Below are positions 33,966-49,238 of a DNA stretch of 64,000 nt, in pieces. The translations under genes were made by a program, and so were the position numbers. Numbering within the stretch: position 1 is the stretch's first letter; each line of letters opens with the position of its first letter. Where the stretch lies: assembly GCF_009914755.1 (NCBI RefSeq), contig NC_060926.1. One strand, 5' to 3'. The DNA is from the human T2T-CHM13v2.0 reference genome, Homo sapiens. Below the pieces are notes generated by a model. That model was not told the DNA's origin. It made no database searches and was given only the letters and a program-made list of their open reading frames with translations.

Positions 33966-34040
33966 AAAATAATTATATAATCTAATAAACTAAAGGCACA
34001 GAAGTTTACCCTGACTTAAAGCAGAAACCAAATTCACCAG

Positions 34041-34471
34041 TGATAGAAGCAGGAGATAGCCAAATGCCTAAGCAGATAGGGAAGGGTCCCCAGAGAATCT
34101 CTGACCAGCCACACAAGGGTTTACACCAGATGTTTTGTGCAGATAAGGGAACCTGCACAGGGGTCTTGCCTGGGCATGCCCACAGTGGACTGGAGGCCCA
34201 CATGCACTGGGGGAATAGGGTGGAGCCACCAGGAATTTGCGCCTTATGCAGGGGAGGAGCCTGGCCTCTTCAACTCATGTGTGGTGGCCCTGGTATTCAA
34301 TTTGGGAGGTGACAACCTGCTCTCAGGACCCCTCTCTTTGCTGAGAGCTTTCTTTTCACTTAATAAATTCCACTCTCCTCATCCTTCAATGTGGCTGCAT
34401 GCCTAATTCTTCCTGGTCATGAGAAAAGAACCCAGATTAGCTGAGCTAAGGAGCAAAAAAATCCTGCATCA
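34041..34471 (+). mobile_element. MER61-like ERV1 solo LTR
   Basis: TGATAG...CATCA with perfect 4-bp TSD CCAG; cagataagggaacctgcacagg and ggtggagccaccaggaatttgcgccttatgca motifs; AATAAA. Confidence 0.75.
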
Positions 34472-34662
34472 CCAGTATGAACATCTAAGACTCATGAACA
34501 TTTGTTTTCAATATTGTTATAAAAATTTACTTTATAAATTAAAAAGTAATGCTGGCTAGCTACAGCATGTTGATGTGGCTTTACAGTATAATACCAGATA
34601 GATAATATTTTTGTGTCATGGAGGAGAAAGCATTGCACTGAGGGTCAAGAATCCTCTGTTCT

Positions 34663-34959
<297 letters not shown>

Positions 34960-35137
34960 CAATCCTCAGTTCTGGTACTGGCTCTACCCCTAATCATACT
35001 GTGAACCTTAGAAAGTAACTTACATTCTGGCTCACTTTCTTATCCTGTATAATAAGAGGCAATAGGTTAGGTCAGAACTACATTCACTTGTAAGTATATT
35101 AAAAGTAAATTAAAACATATGACTTATCTTTTAGCTA

Positions 35138-35578
<441 letters not shown>

Positions 35579-36792
35579 CTAACAAAAAAAGATCAGGTGT
35601 CTCTCCGGACCATCCCTAAGCAACAGGTGCCTTTTAATGTGGCTCTTCAGGAGATAATGGCATGTTGGCACCATTCCAAACTGGTAAAGAAGCTATTTTT
35701 ACTTAGGCAAGACCCTGCAACTTGCTCAAATTATATTATGTTTCAGTAGTGCTGGTTAACATACAGCAGTCTCCATCTACTATACAATGTGACCAGCACA
35801 GCACATATTATTGACATTGTTATTAACATTGTTCCTATTTTCTATTTCCATAAATGATTCAAGGTGATTTTTATTTTCTTTTCGGAATTTTCCTATATTT
35901 TCCAGGTGTTCTACAATGAACCTGTGTTACTTTTACAATTGGAAAGAAACATATTCGTTAAACAGGTCATAGTTCTGCTCATTAAGGTAATATACATCTT
36001 TAAAATGTGAACTTATCTGCAGTCCAGAGAATGTGAAATATAAAGCAGATCTTTCCTATAGGTTTATGAATATCAGAAGATCTCAGAGTACTCACAATCA
36101 ATTCATAAATATTCATTCTTTAAAGTATGAAAGATGATAAATATATTTAGAAGATTTCAGCACTTACTATAACTAGTGAAGGAAGAAATAAATGATTTCT
36201 TCCTTAAGAGGAACAACAACAGAAGGTATCCGATGGTCAAGAACATTATACCTGCCTCCATCATCTCAGAAAATAAAATTCCTGTCCAATGACAACCAGG
36301 AAGGCAGATGGGGGTGAGCTCGAGCTGTGTGAGGAGGCCGCTGATGACCTGGAGCTTAGGGGTGTGCTGACCCTCATCTCCCTGGGGATTCCCAGGAGAC
36401 GCTGCCCTACCTGTAGCTGCAACTCATGGACCCTGTTACCCAGCCAAGTGCAATGGAGGGCTGGCGAGGGAAGAAAGATCAAAGGAAGAAAAGAAAGGTT
36501 CTTTTTTATTTCAAGTATGAGAAAAAGAGAGTTCTACTGTGAGAACATCAACTCTTCTGTAGCTATTGATGTAGCCAAACTCCTGGAATGTAACTATATC
36601 TAACAGTGTTTCTCTGAGAAACTTTTACAGGATTGGAATGTGTGTAGTATCTAGTTAACCTGCTATTTTATTGCAAGTGATTTTTTCAAGTTATTAATTG
36701 AAATAGGAGTCTACCGTAAGTTGCTCTTAACTTGGGGAACTACTTTGAATGGCATTAATCTGGACTATTAATAACAATGTATACTTGGGGAT

Positions 36793-36883
36793 TGTGTGTG
36801 TGTGTATACATGTGTGTGCATATATGTGTACACACACACGTGCACACACACGTGCGCACACACGTGTACACACACACGTGTGT
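36793..36883. repeat. Compound (TG)n/(CA)n alternating purine-pyrimidine microsatellite
   Basis: 91 bp of strict R/Y alternation containing four CACGTG. Confidence 0.95.
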
Positions 36884-37639
36884 TACTGTACGTGGAGACT
36901 GTACATCTTAGGTCACACACCACCCCTGAACCAATCCTACAAACACCATAGGTGATACACACTGTCAAAGACAAAGAGTAGATGTCCACAATAGCTGTTC
37001 TTTCTCGTTTATAACACTTCTTTTACCTAGTAATAATCAGCTACCATTTACTCGATACATACTGTGTGCTGCCTCTTCAACCTTTTGACCATTTAAACTA
37101 CAGGAAACTAGGTTATCTTCAGGTTACCTTAGTTATGGGAGTGTATGGAAAACATTAATGGGAAGGTGAAAGCGCAGCAAACCACTTCAGCAGTTAACAG
37201 AAAGGCTCTCAGAGCACTGGACCGCCAATCAGGACACAGCAGCAGCTCTGGGATTCGACCACAGATTCTCTGGCGTGCCCTTCGGGAAAGGGTGGCCTCG
37301 GGCCCCCTACTCTACAGAGTCTCCTCCCACGGCTGCCCAGTTCCCTGGCCGACTATCTTGCCTCCACCACATCACCATCAGTACTGGGCGGCTGCAGGGC
37401 AGAGCTGTCCAGGGACCTCCTCACAGCCTCCAGAGTCAAGAAATGCCTCCTCAGGGAAGCCCTCTACCGCATCCCTGACCTGTGAGTCACGGAGCTCCCG
37501 GGCACCATGCTGGCCACAAATGCCTAAGGAGCCCCCCGGAACCAGCTGTGGGTCCCGCAGGCACTCGCAGGCTAGCGGACACCTTTGGAGGACTGAGAGA
37601 CCTGTCCTGCAATCCAATGTTCCTCACTCTCACAAGATT

Positions 37640-38300
37640 TTACAGACGTGGAAACCGAGGCCCGAGGCCCCAAGGGGTAATCGGCCCGCCTTCCCATGCC
37701 AATAACCGGCAGTGGCGGGACCCACACCTACTCCGTGACCTGCAAGGCCCAGGGGTCGAGCCCCAGGTAGAACGTCTAGACGGACTCCGCCCTTAGCGCC
37801 GTACGGGGAACCTTCTCCCGGACGCAGACACGGAAGCGGAAGTGCTGCCGAGCTGTAGCTATGGAGACGTGGGGGGCGGGCCGCCCGGAGAGCGCGACCT
37901 TTGACCTGCAGTAGAGCCTACGTCAGAGGCTGGCGCAAACAGAAGTGCAGCGGTGGCGGCGGCTGGTTGCGGGCCGGCGGCGGGCTGGCGGAGATGGAGG
38001 TAACTCAGGTCGGGCCCACTGCCTCCCATCAAGCCTTCCGCGCCGCGATTTGGGATGTGGGAGTGGGCCCGATGGGAGGGCGCGGTAGTCTCCCTCTTGG
38101 TGTCCCGAAGCCCGCGCTGCCGTCGCCTCCCCATCTTTCGTAAACTCTATCCCTGGGGGTTACCTGCCCCGTAGAGCCCGTCTGTGTACGAATTGCCACA
38201 GCGACCGCCTCCGTCCGCCCTCATTCTCTGTCTCACGAGGCTTTCCACCACTTGATTCCATAGAAGGTTTTTCCCTGTAAGGGTTCTACGCGTTCCGTGT
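37640..38300 (+). promoter_or_regulatory. GCC2: CpG-island, TATA-less promoter / first exon region of GCC2
   Basis: Sharp rise in GC and CpG; tandem ETS motif CGGAAGCGGAAGTG (37831-37844, GABPA-type); GC boxes near 37785 and 37871; DR1-like CGACCTTTGACCT (37895-37907). Confidence 0.9.
37994..37999 (+). CDS. GCC2: GCC2 coding exon 1 (Met-Glu); 5'UTR extends upstream
   Basis: GAGATGGAG|GTAACT: ATG in strong Kozak context followed by a GT donor, within the CpG island; joins exon 2 to give MEDLVQDG, the GCC185 N-terminus. Confidence 0.93.
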
Positions 38301-38351
38301 GGAATTAGGAAAAGAGTTCTTCTGACACCTGGGTTTGATTTTGTTTTGCAG

Positions 38352-38408
38352 GATCTTGTTCAAGATGGGGTGGCTTCACCAGCTACCCCTGGGACCGGGA
38401 AATCTAAG
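38352..38408 (+). CDS. GCC2: GCC2 exon 2 (57 nt, DLVQDGVASPATPGTGKSK)
   Basis: ttgttttgcag| acceptor and AAG|gtgaag donor; translation matches GCC185 aa 3-21. Confidence 0.96.
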
Positions 38409-39318
38409 GTGAAGAGAATACTTGAATAGCGGGCTTCCTGAAGAGTGGAAGGGTGATGAATTGGAAAACTTTGGCATGGGGAAGGGGGGGGCGCTGATTT
38501 TTTTTTTTTTAATAGCCTTGCTCCAAGGGATCTCAATTTTAGTGTGCGCAGTCGCCCATTTCCTGTTTCTCCCCCGCCCACCCCGATATAGAAAGACTTT
38601 TTGTTTACTTCCTGCTCCTGGTTAGCACTGCTGGGAGATCCTGCTATTTTTCGAACATAAAGCAGTCTAAGAAGGTTTATATAGTGATGTAGTGGAAGGA
38701 GCAGTGACATAGGGTAGGAATCAAGGGATTCTGATCTGTGGGCTCCAGTTTCTACATTGCCAAAGAGTTTAATTAGTCCAGTTTTATGGCCCTGTACAAT
38801 GTTTAACATTCAATCATTCTAAATGATAGTGGTTTATTGCTAAGGTTTATTGTGTGCATGCTAAATTTCTGGCGCTTGCCTAACCACTCAGTTCCTTCGT
38901 TTAAGCTTCATGATAACCATGAGATAGGTACTGTTGTTACCCTCCTTTTACAGATGAGAAACCTGAGACCACAGGCTTAAGCAATTTTCTCAAGTGGTAA
39001 AGCTCAATTTTTTAATTAAAGCCTGAATGTTACCCGGTTCATCTTGCTGCTGTAATTATGCTTAAATTTTCTTGTGACCAAAGACTTGCAGCCTTGAATA
39101 GAATGAAATAATTTTACAGCTCCAAGGAATTTTAAGTAGCATTAGCTCCAACCTACTGATTTTACAATTAAATCAAAAGCTAGCAATGTCAACCTGTAAC
39201 ATTAGCTATAAGAGGATATGGCCTGGTTTTTACGTTTCATAGTAGTTGCATAACTAATTTTTAGTAGTTGCATAGCAATTACAGAATTGACGTTGCATTT
39301 GCTGATTTTAAAAAATGT

Positions 39319-39610
39319 GGCCGGGCGCGGTGGGTCACGCCTGTAATCCCAACACTTTGGGAGGCTGAGGCGGGCAGATCACCTGCGGTCAGGAGTTTGA
39401 GACCAGCCTGGCCAACATGGTGAAACCCCGTCTCTACTAAAAATACAAAAATTAGCCGGACGTGGTAGCGGGCGCCTATGATCCCAGCTATTTGGGAGGC
39501 TGAGACAGGAGAATTGCTTGAACCTGGGAGGCAGAGGTTACAAGTGAGCCAAGATCGTGTCATGCACTCCGGCCTGGGCAATAGAGCGAGACTCTGTCTT
39601 AAAAAAAAAA
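39319..39610 (+). mobile_element. AluS in GCC2 intron 2
   Basis: TSD aaaaaatgtgg. Confidence 0.92.
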
Positions 39611-39746
39611 TGTGGAACAAAAAATGCGGTTGGCATAAAGATTTATTCTGTAGAATGTTTTTGTTTTCTAGCAGACATTGTTTCTTTTTTGTGGTATACT
39701 AGAAACATGAGTTATAACAAGTTGGTAACATGACCACATCTTTCAG

Positions 39747-39831
39747 CTGGAAACATTGCCCAAAGAAGACCTCATCAAGTTTGCCAAGAAACAGATGATG
39801 CTAATACAGAAAGCTAAATCAAGGTGTACAG
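39747..39831 (+). CDS. GCC2: GCC2 exon 3 (85 nt, LETLPKEDLIKFAKKQMMLIQKAKSRCT)
   Basis: ctttcag| acceptor, ACAG|gtattg donor, phase 0 to 1; in frame with exons 2 and 4. Confidence 0.96.
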
Positions 39832-40531
39832 GTATTGGGTTGAAAATACTCATCTTGATCACAGTCTCTTTAATCGTGGTTTAAAATGGTAGTTTTTAAA
39901 ATAATGCATTGGCTTGTTTTTGTTTGTTTTCCAGTGATTCCAAGTACACCGTAGTGTAGTAGAATCTGTTATTTAACATTCTAAAAATTTACCTCTGATT
40001 TCTAAATTATTCCCACATCTCTAAACCACAGTGACTTTTGAGTTGTTAAAGTCAGGGAGGAGGATTTTTAAAGTTTGTGTAAGTTAAGTGTGTTTTTCCT
40101 TCATGTAGACTTTAGATTCTTCTGAGTTCTGAGTAAAGTGTTTTTTCAAGAGAAGTCAGTTGAAATGTTAGAGACAGAAGATAAGCCCAAAGAGATGGAA
40201 AGCTTCCTCAATTAAAATAATAAAAGACTTCCATTTATAGATATTGAAGTATGTTTACCTGCTGAAGTTGATTGATTCCCTATTCAGTTTTCTTTTTATT
40301 CCAGAAGGAAAAAGATCTTAGCACCTTTTTTTTTAGTATATGTACATGAGCTCTTGAATTTCCAGTGACTTATAAATATTAACTGCTTAGCCTAAAAGCT
40401 AAGACTTATTTTCTATTAGAAAAGATAAAAGTATGTCTTGGGAGTTTGGATCACCTTGCAATGAAGAGAATAATTTATTTGGAAAGAAGTTCTAGGCCTG
40501 AGATCTAGGCATTTGCTAATTAAACACTTAG

Positions 40532-40795
<264 letters not shown>

Positions 40796-41115
40796 TAATA
40801 TGTGATTGTTGCTTTAAGGTTATACAGTAAGATGTACTTACAGGTGAAATAATATGATGTCTGGGGTATGCTTGAAAATTATCAGATGGATAAGAAAAGC
40901 AGTGAAGGAGGAAGTGAGTACAGGTTGGGAGGAAACAAAATTGGCCATGTAATGCTGAAGTATAGTGATGAGTGCAGAGATTAATCATACTATTCTGCTT
41001 AAATATATTCTAATTTGCAGATTTATGGGGGGTTTTGTGAGAATGTACTTATCAGTTTCCCAGTAATTATGTTCTTTATTTCTGAACCGGAGTCCTTTAT
41101 TTTTTAATTGTTTAG

Positions 41116-41183
41116 AATTGGAGAAAGAAATTGAAGAACTCAGATCAAAACCTGTTACTGAAGGAACTGGTGATATTATTAAG
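41116..41183 (+). CDS. GCC2: GCC2 exon 4 (68 nt, ELEKEIEELRSKPVTEGTGDIIK)
   Basis: ttgtttag| acceptor, AAG|gtaatt donor, phase 1 to 0. Confidence 0.96.
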
Positions 41184-41249
41184 GTAATTATTACGTTGGG
41201 AAATGTCTAAAGAGAAATAAAATTTCCCTGAGGATTGTCAGTCTGCTAG

Positions 41250-41705
<456 letters not shown>

Positions 41706-42161
41706 CATATTTTCTAATTATGGTTGTTACTTCATTCTCTGCTCTTCCCCAGCCCCCTGAAAACCTGGCCATGCTCAGGACTTAAGTGATTTTAGGTGTA
41801 CAGTATATAATCTATAGATAGATCCATATCCCTGGACATGTCTACTGACCCAGATCTCACAGTTGTGTTTCCCTCTCACACATTTCACTTATCTCATCAA
41901 ACTCAACCAAATTGCTTCCCTTGGTTAGACCAGTGGCACCACAGTTTTTTATACCTTTTGACTTTAGAGACACTTTAACTTCTCTGTTTCCTTTATTCTC
42001 TATATGTGTCAGTCACCAGAGACCTATTATAGCTTTAAGATATTGTTCCAGTTTATCTTTTTTCTCTCTATTTCTATGGCTTTATGTTAAACACATCAAA
42101 TACTTAACCTATTTCAATAAAAACCTCACTGGGTTCTCTTTCTCTTTTTAGTCTTATATAA

Positions 42162-42583
<422 letters not shown>

Positions 42584-42690
42584 TCACTTTCATTGCCCGC
42601 CTTAGGCCAAGCTTCTGTAAAGTTTCTTTTACATCTCAGAGCTCTGAAATACTGTTTTCACTGCTTTTGCATAATATCCGTTGGTTATAT

Positions 42691-43002
<312 letters not shown>

Positions 43003-43869
43003 TGGTTATATATTATCTTATTTTCTCATCAGTGGCTCCCCACTTGTGAGCAGTGAACTACTGAGGGACTCCCAGAGAGTTATTACAAGGGGTCTTTAAA
43101 TCCATATGCATGTCACACAGTATCATTTTGTTCTTTATTTAGTTACAGTGTATGAAGCTAGAATGATGTGCACAAATGTCATTTCATTTTATAATGTACT
43201 GTTTCATTTAAGTATTACTGAGTTCACAGTAGTCTTCTTTGTATATTTAGTCATTATATGTTTTCTTAATCCATGATAGCCACAGTACAACTATATGTTA
43301 ATTAAGGAAGAAGGTCGATAACACCCAGACTGCCTGAGTCAGGCTTTCAAATCCTTGTTCATCTACTGATCAGCTGTGTGACCTTGACTAAGTTTCTTAA
43401 ATTCTTTCTCTATGATTCAGTTTTGTCATCTGTAGAACAGCGATAATAATACTTTCTGTTTGTAGGATTGAGGTACAAACAGGATTGATGTAGAAATGTA
43501 GGATTGATAAGGTAATATATCTACTGCACATAGAACTGGGTTGGTCACATAAGTACCCAATAATTGTTAGTTATCATTGTTATTACTACCATTTATTATT
43601 TCTGGGGGATTTTTTTTTTTCTTGAGATAGGATTTCTCCCTATCGCCCAGGCTGGAGTGCAGTGGCGTGATCTCCGCTCACTGCAACCTCTAGAGTGTTA
43701 GAAAACACTCTAGAAAGTTTTTTATCCGTTAACTCTTATAATACTTTTTACAGAATTGCATTTCAGAATAAGAACATTTAAATATCTACCTGCTGTTTCC
43801 TCCTTATCACTCATCAATGTATTCTCCCACTGTCAAAACTACTCCTAAAGACAAGATTAGAAAATTTCA

Positions 43870-44164
43870 GCCAGGCTCGGTGGCTCACATCTGTAATCCC
43901 AGCACTTTGGGAGGCTGAGGCGGACAGATCACCTGAGGTCAGGAATTGGAGACCAGCCTGGCCAACTTGGTGAAACCCCATCTCTACTCAAAATACAAAA
44001 ATTAACCAGGCATGGTGGCACGCGCCTATAGCCCAAGCTACTTGGTAGCTGAGGCAGAAGAATCGCTTGAACCGAGGAGGCAGAGGTTGCAGTGAGCTGA
44101 GATAGTGCCACTGCACTACAGCCTGAGCAACAGAGTGAGACTCCGTCTCAAGAAAAAAAAAAAA
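43870..44164 (+). mobile_element. AluS
   Basis: Dimeric Alu. Confidence 0.9.
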
Positions 44165-44684
44165 TTCTCCAAGTTAGCCAACTTTACCTTTAAGGTTTTT
44201 TTTCTTTTCCTTCTTTTTTTTTCCTGATTCATTATATTTATACGTATTCATGGGGTACATGTGAAATTTTGTTAAATGCACAGAATATATAATCATTAAA
44301 TCAGTATTTACTATCCACAGCCAGGTATTTATCATATATATGTGTTGTGTACATTTCAAGTCTTCTGGCTATTTTGAAAAATATTTATCTTTCCCTGTCT
44401 TAGATTTTACTTAACATAATGACCTCCAGCTCCATCCATATTCCTGGAAATGGCGTGATCTTATTCTTTTTTATGGGCATATAGTATTCCATTGTGTATA
44501 TATACCACATTTATCCATTCATCCTTTGATGGGCACTTAAGTTGATTTCATGTATTTGCTATTGTGAGTAGTGCTGCAATAAACACAGGAGTGTATATAT
44601 CCCTTTGTTATATTGATTTGTTTTCAATGACTACCAATATTGGGGTTTTTGGATTGTATGGTAGCTCTATTTTTAGTTTTTTGA

Positions 44685-44993
<309 letters not shown>

Positions 44994-45396
44994 TGAGAAA
45001 TCCCCAACTGTTTTGTATAGTGACTATGCTTACCTACACTTCCACCAACAGTGTAGAAGAGTTCTTTCTCCACATTGTCATCAATATCTGTTACTTTTTT
45101 TCTTCTTAATAGCCATTCCTTATTGTGGTTTTGATTTGCATATCCCTGATGATTAGTGATATTGAGTATTTTATCATATACTTCTTGGCCATTTCTTTGT
45201 CTTTTAAGAAATGTCTATTCATGTCCCTTGCCTATTTTTTAATGGGGTTATTTTTTAATGTTGTGTTGTTTGAGTTCCTTGTATACTCTGGGTATTAGTC
45301 CCATATTGGATGAGTAGATTGCAAATATTTTGTCCCATTTAAGAGGTTGTCTTCTTCATGCTGTTGATTGTTTCTTTTGCTATGCAGAAGCTTTTT

Positions 45397-45673
45397 AGCC
45401 TATAATCTCAGCATTAAGGGAAGCCATGGCAGGAGGATCACTTGAGCCGAGCAGTTTGAGACCAGCCTGAGAAACAGCAAGATCCGTTTCTACAAAAAAA
45501 TATAAATTAGCCAGACATGGTGGAACATGCCTGTAGTCCCATCTTCTTGGGATGCTGAGATAGGAAGATCACTTGATCCCAGGAGGTTGAGGCTGCTGTG
45601 AGCCATAATCACACTTACTGCACTCCAGCCTGGGTGACAGAGGGAGCCCTTACATAAAAAAAAAAAAAAAAAA
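45397..45673 (+). mobile_element. AluJ (5'-truncated) in L1
   Basis: Diverged Alu, poly-A. Confidence 0.8.
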
Positions 45674-47080
45674 TTTAAGATGCCTTTCAGTTTAATGTAG
45701 TCCTATTTGTCTGTTTTTGTTGCCTGGGCTTTTGAGATCTTAGCCATAAAATCTTTGCCTAGACCAATGTCTTGATGCATTTGCCCTGTGTTTTCTTCTT
45801 TTAGTTTTACACTTTTGGGTCTTATATAATATAAGTCTTTAATCTATTTTTGTTGATATTTGTATCAACTAAATGGTGAGAGATAGGGACTCACTTTCAT
45901 TCTTCTGCATATAGTTACCTGGATTTCCTGGCACCGTTTGTTAAGAGGGTGTCGTTTGCCCAGTGTGTGTTCTTAATGGCATTGTCGAAGATCGGTTGTG
46001 TATAAATATGAGGATTTATTTTTGGGTTCTCTATTTTGTTCCATTGGTCTGTATGCTTGTTTATATACCAATACTTTGTTGCTTTGGTTTCTATAGCCTC
46101 GTAATATGTTTTGAAGTCAAGTAGAATGATGCCGCCGCTTTATTTTTTAACTCAGAATTTCTTTAGCTTTTCTGGCTTTTTTTTTGGTTTCATGAAAACA
46201 TTAGGATTCTTTTTTCTGTTTCTTTGAAAAATGGTGTTGGTATTTTAATAGGGATTTCATTGAACTGTACATTAGTTTGGATAGTATGATCATTTCAACA
46301 ATATTTTGTGAGCATGAAATGTCTTCCTGCTTATTTGTGTTCTCTTCAGTTTCTTTCATCTGTGTTTTTGTAGTTTTCATTATAGAGATCTTACACTTCT
46401 TTGGCTTTTGTTTGAGCTACTGTAAAAGGTGTTGCCTTCTTGATTTCCTTTTTTAGCTATTTTATTGTTGGTATATAGAAATGCTACTGGTTTTTGTATG
46501 TTGAATTTGTATCCAGCAACCTTACTGAATTTATCAGCTCTAAGAATTTTTTGATAGTCTTTTGTCATCTGTAGAGAGGGACAGTTTAACTTCCATGTTT
46601 CCAGTTTGGATGTTGTTTATTTCTTTCTCTTGCCTAATTGTTCTGGCTAGGACTGTCAGTCCCATGTTGAATAGTAGTGGTGAAAGTGGGCATCTTTGTC
46701 TTCAGTTCTTAGAGGAAAGATTTTCAGCTTTTCCCCATTTTTGTGTGATGTTAATGTGAGTTCGTCATATGTGGCCTTTATTATTTTGAGGTATAATCCT
46801 TCTGTGCCTAGTTTGCTAAGAGTTTTTATCCTGAAGGGATGTTGAATTTTATGAATTCCTTTTTCTGCGTCTAGTGAGATGACATACGACTTTTGCCCTT
46901 TATTCTGTTGATGTGATATGTCACATTGATTTGCATATATTGAACCATCCTTGCATCCCTCGAATAAATTCATTTGATCATGGTGTATTATCTTTTCAAT
47001 GTGCTGTTAGATTTGGTTTGCCAGTATTTTGCTGAGGATTTTTGCATTGGTGTTCATCAGGGATATTGGTTGTTGCTTTC

Positions 47081-47111
<31 letters not shown>

Positions 47112-48449
47112 GTCTGGTTTTGGTATCAGGGTAGCACCAGCTTTCTAGAATGAGTTAGGGAAAATTGCCACCTCTTCAGTATTTTGGAGTAGTTTCAGGA
47201 GGATTGGTATTAGGTCTTTATACATTTGGTAGAATTCAGTGTGCATCCATCTGGTTCTGGGCTTTTCTTTGTGGGGAGACTTTTTATTACTGATTCGTTC
47301 TTGCTACTCATTATTAATTTGTTCAGGTTTTCTATTTTTTCCTGGATTTTTCTTTGATAGGTTGTATGTTTCCAGAAATTTATCCATTTCCTCTAGGTTT
47401 TCCAGTTTGTGGGTGCATAGCTGTTCATAATATTCTCTGATGGTCTATTTATTTCTATGAGAATGGTTGTAATGTCTCCTTTTTCATTTCTGATTTTATT
47501 TAGGTCTTCTTTTTTGTTGTTGTTAGCCTAACTAGTAGTTTATCAATTTTGTTTATCTTTTTGAAGAACAAGCTTTTCATTTTGTTGATCCTCTGCCTTT
47601 TTTAAAAGTCTCTATTTCATTTAGTTCTGCTTTGATCTTTATTAGTCGTTTCCTTCTGCTAATTTTGGGTTTGGCTTTGGCTTGTTCTTTCTGGTTCATT
47701 GAGGTAAATCATTAGATTGTTTGAAATCTTTTTACTTTTTGGATGTAGGCGTTTATTGCCATAAACTTAGTATTCATGTCCTGCTTTTGTTGTATCACAC
47801 AGGTTTTGTGATACAAAAAATCACATAGGTTTTGTGATACAAAAGCACTGCTTTTGTTGTATCACATAGGTTTTGGTATGTTGTAGTTTCCATTTTCATT
47901 TGTTCCAAGAAATTTTTTGATTTTCATTTTAATTTCCTTATTGACCCATGGTCATTTGAGACCATGTTATTTAATTTTCATGTATTTCTGTCACTTCCAA
48001 AGTTCCCCTTGATACTGATTTCTAATATTCCATTGTAGTTCGAGAACATACTTGATATGATTTTGATTTTTAAAAATTTGTTGAAAATGATTTTGTGGCC
48101 TAACATATGGTCTTTTCTGAAGAATGAATGTTTCATGTGCTGTTGAGAAAAATATGTATTCTGCAGCTGTTGGATAAAATGTTCTACAAACATCTGTTAG
48201 GTCCATTTGGTCTAAAGTCTGGTTTAAATGCAATGTTTCTTTGTTAATTTTCTGTCTAGATGATCTGTCTAATGCTGAGAGTGGGGTGAGTTTGCCCAGT
48301 ACGATTGCACTGGAGTCTCTCTCTCTCTAGATCTAGTAATAACTTGCTTTAGGAATCTGGGTGCTCCAGTGTCAGGTTCATATATGTTTAGAATTGTTAC
48401 ATCTTTTTGCTGGTTTGATTCCTTTGCCATTAGATAATGACCTTCTTTG

Positions 48450-48498
<49 letters not shown>

Positions 48499-48562
48499 TG
48501 ACTTAAAGTCTGTTTTATCTAAGTATAGCTACTCAGGAGCCTGAGGCAGAAGAATCGCTTGA

Positions 48563-49238
<676 letters not shown>

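Noticed and set aside
36289-36603. 104-aa ORF with a CxxC motif (RRCPTCSC)
   Set aside because: No recognisable homology, exon boundaries or retrocopy hallmarks; a BLAST search would be needed to revive it
37145-37796. 186-aa and 104-aa ORFs just upstream of GCC2
   Set aside because: GC-rich, stop-poor promoter flank with overlapping ORFs in several frames; no recognisable domain or splice structure
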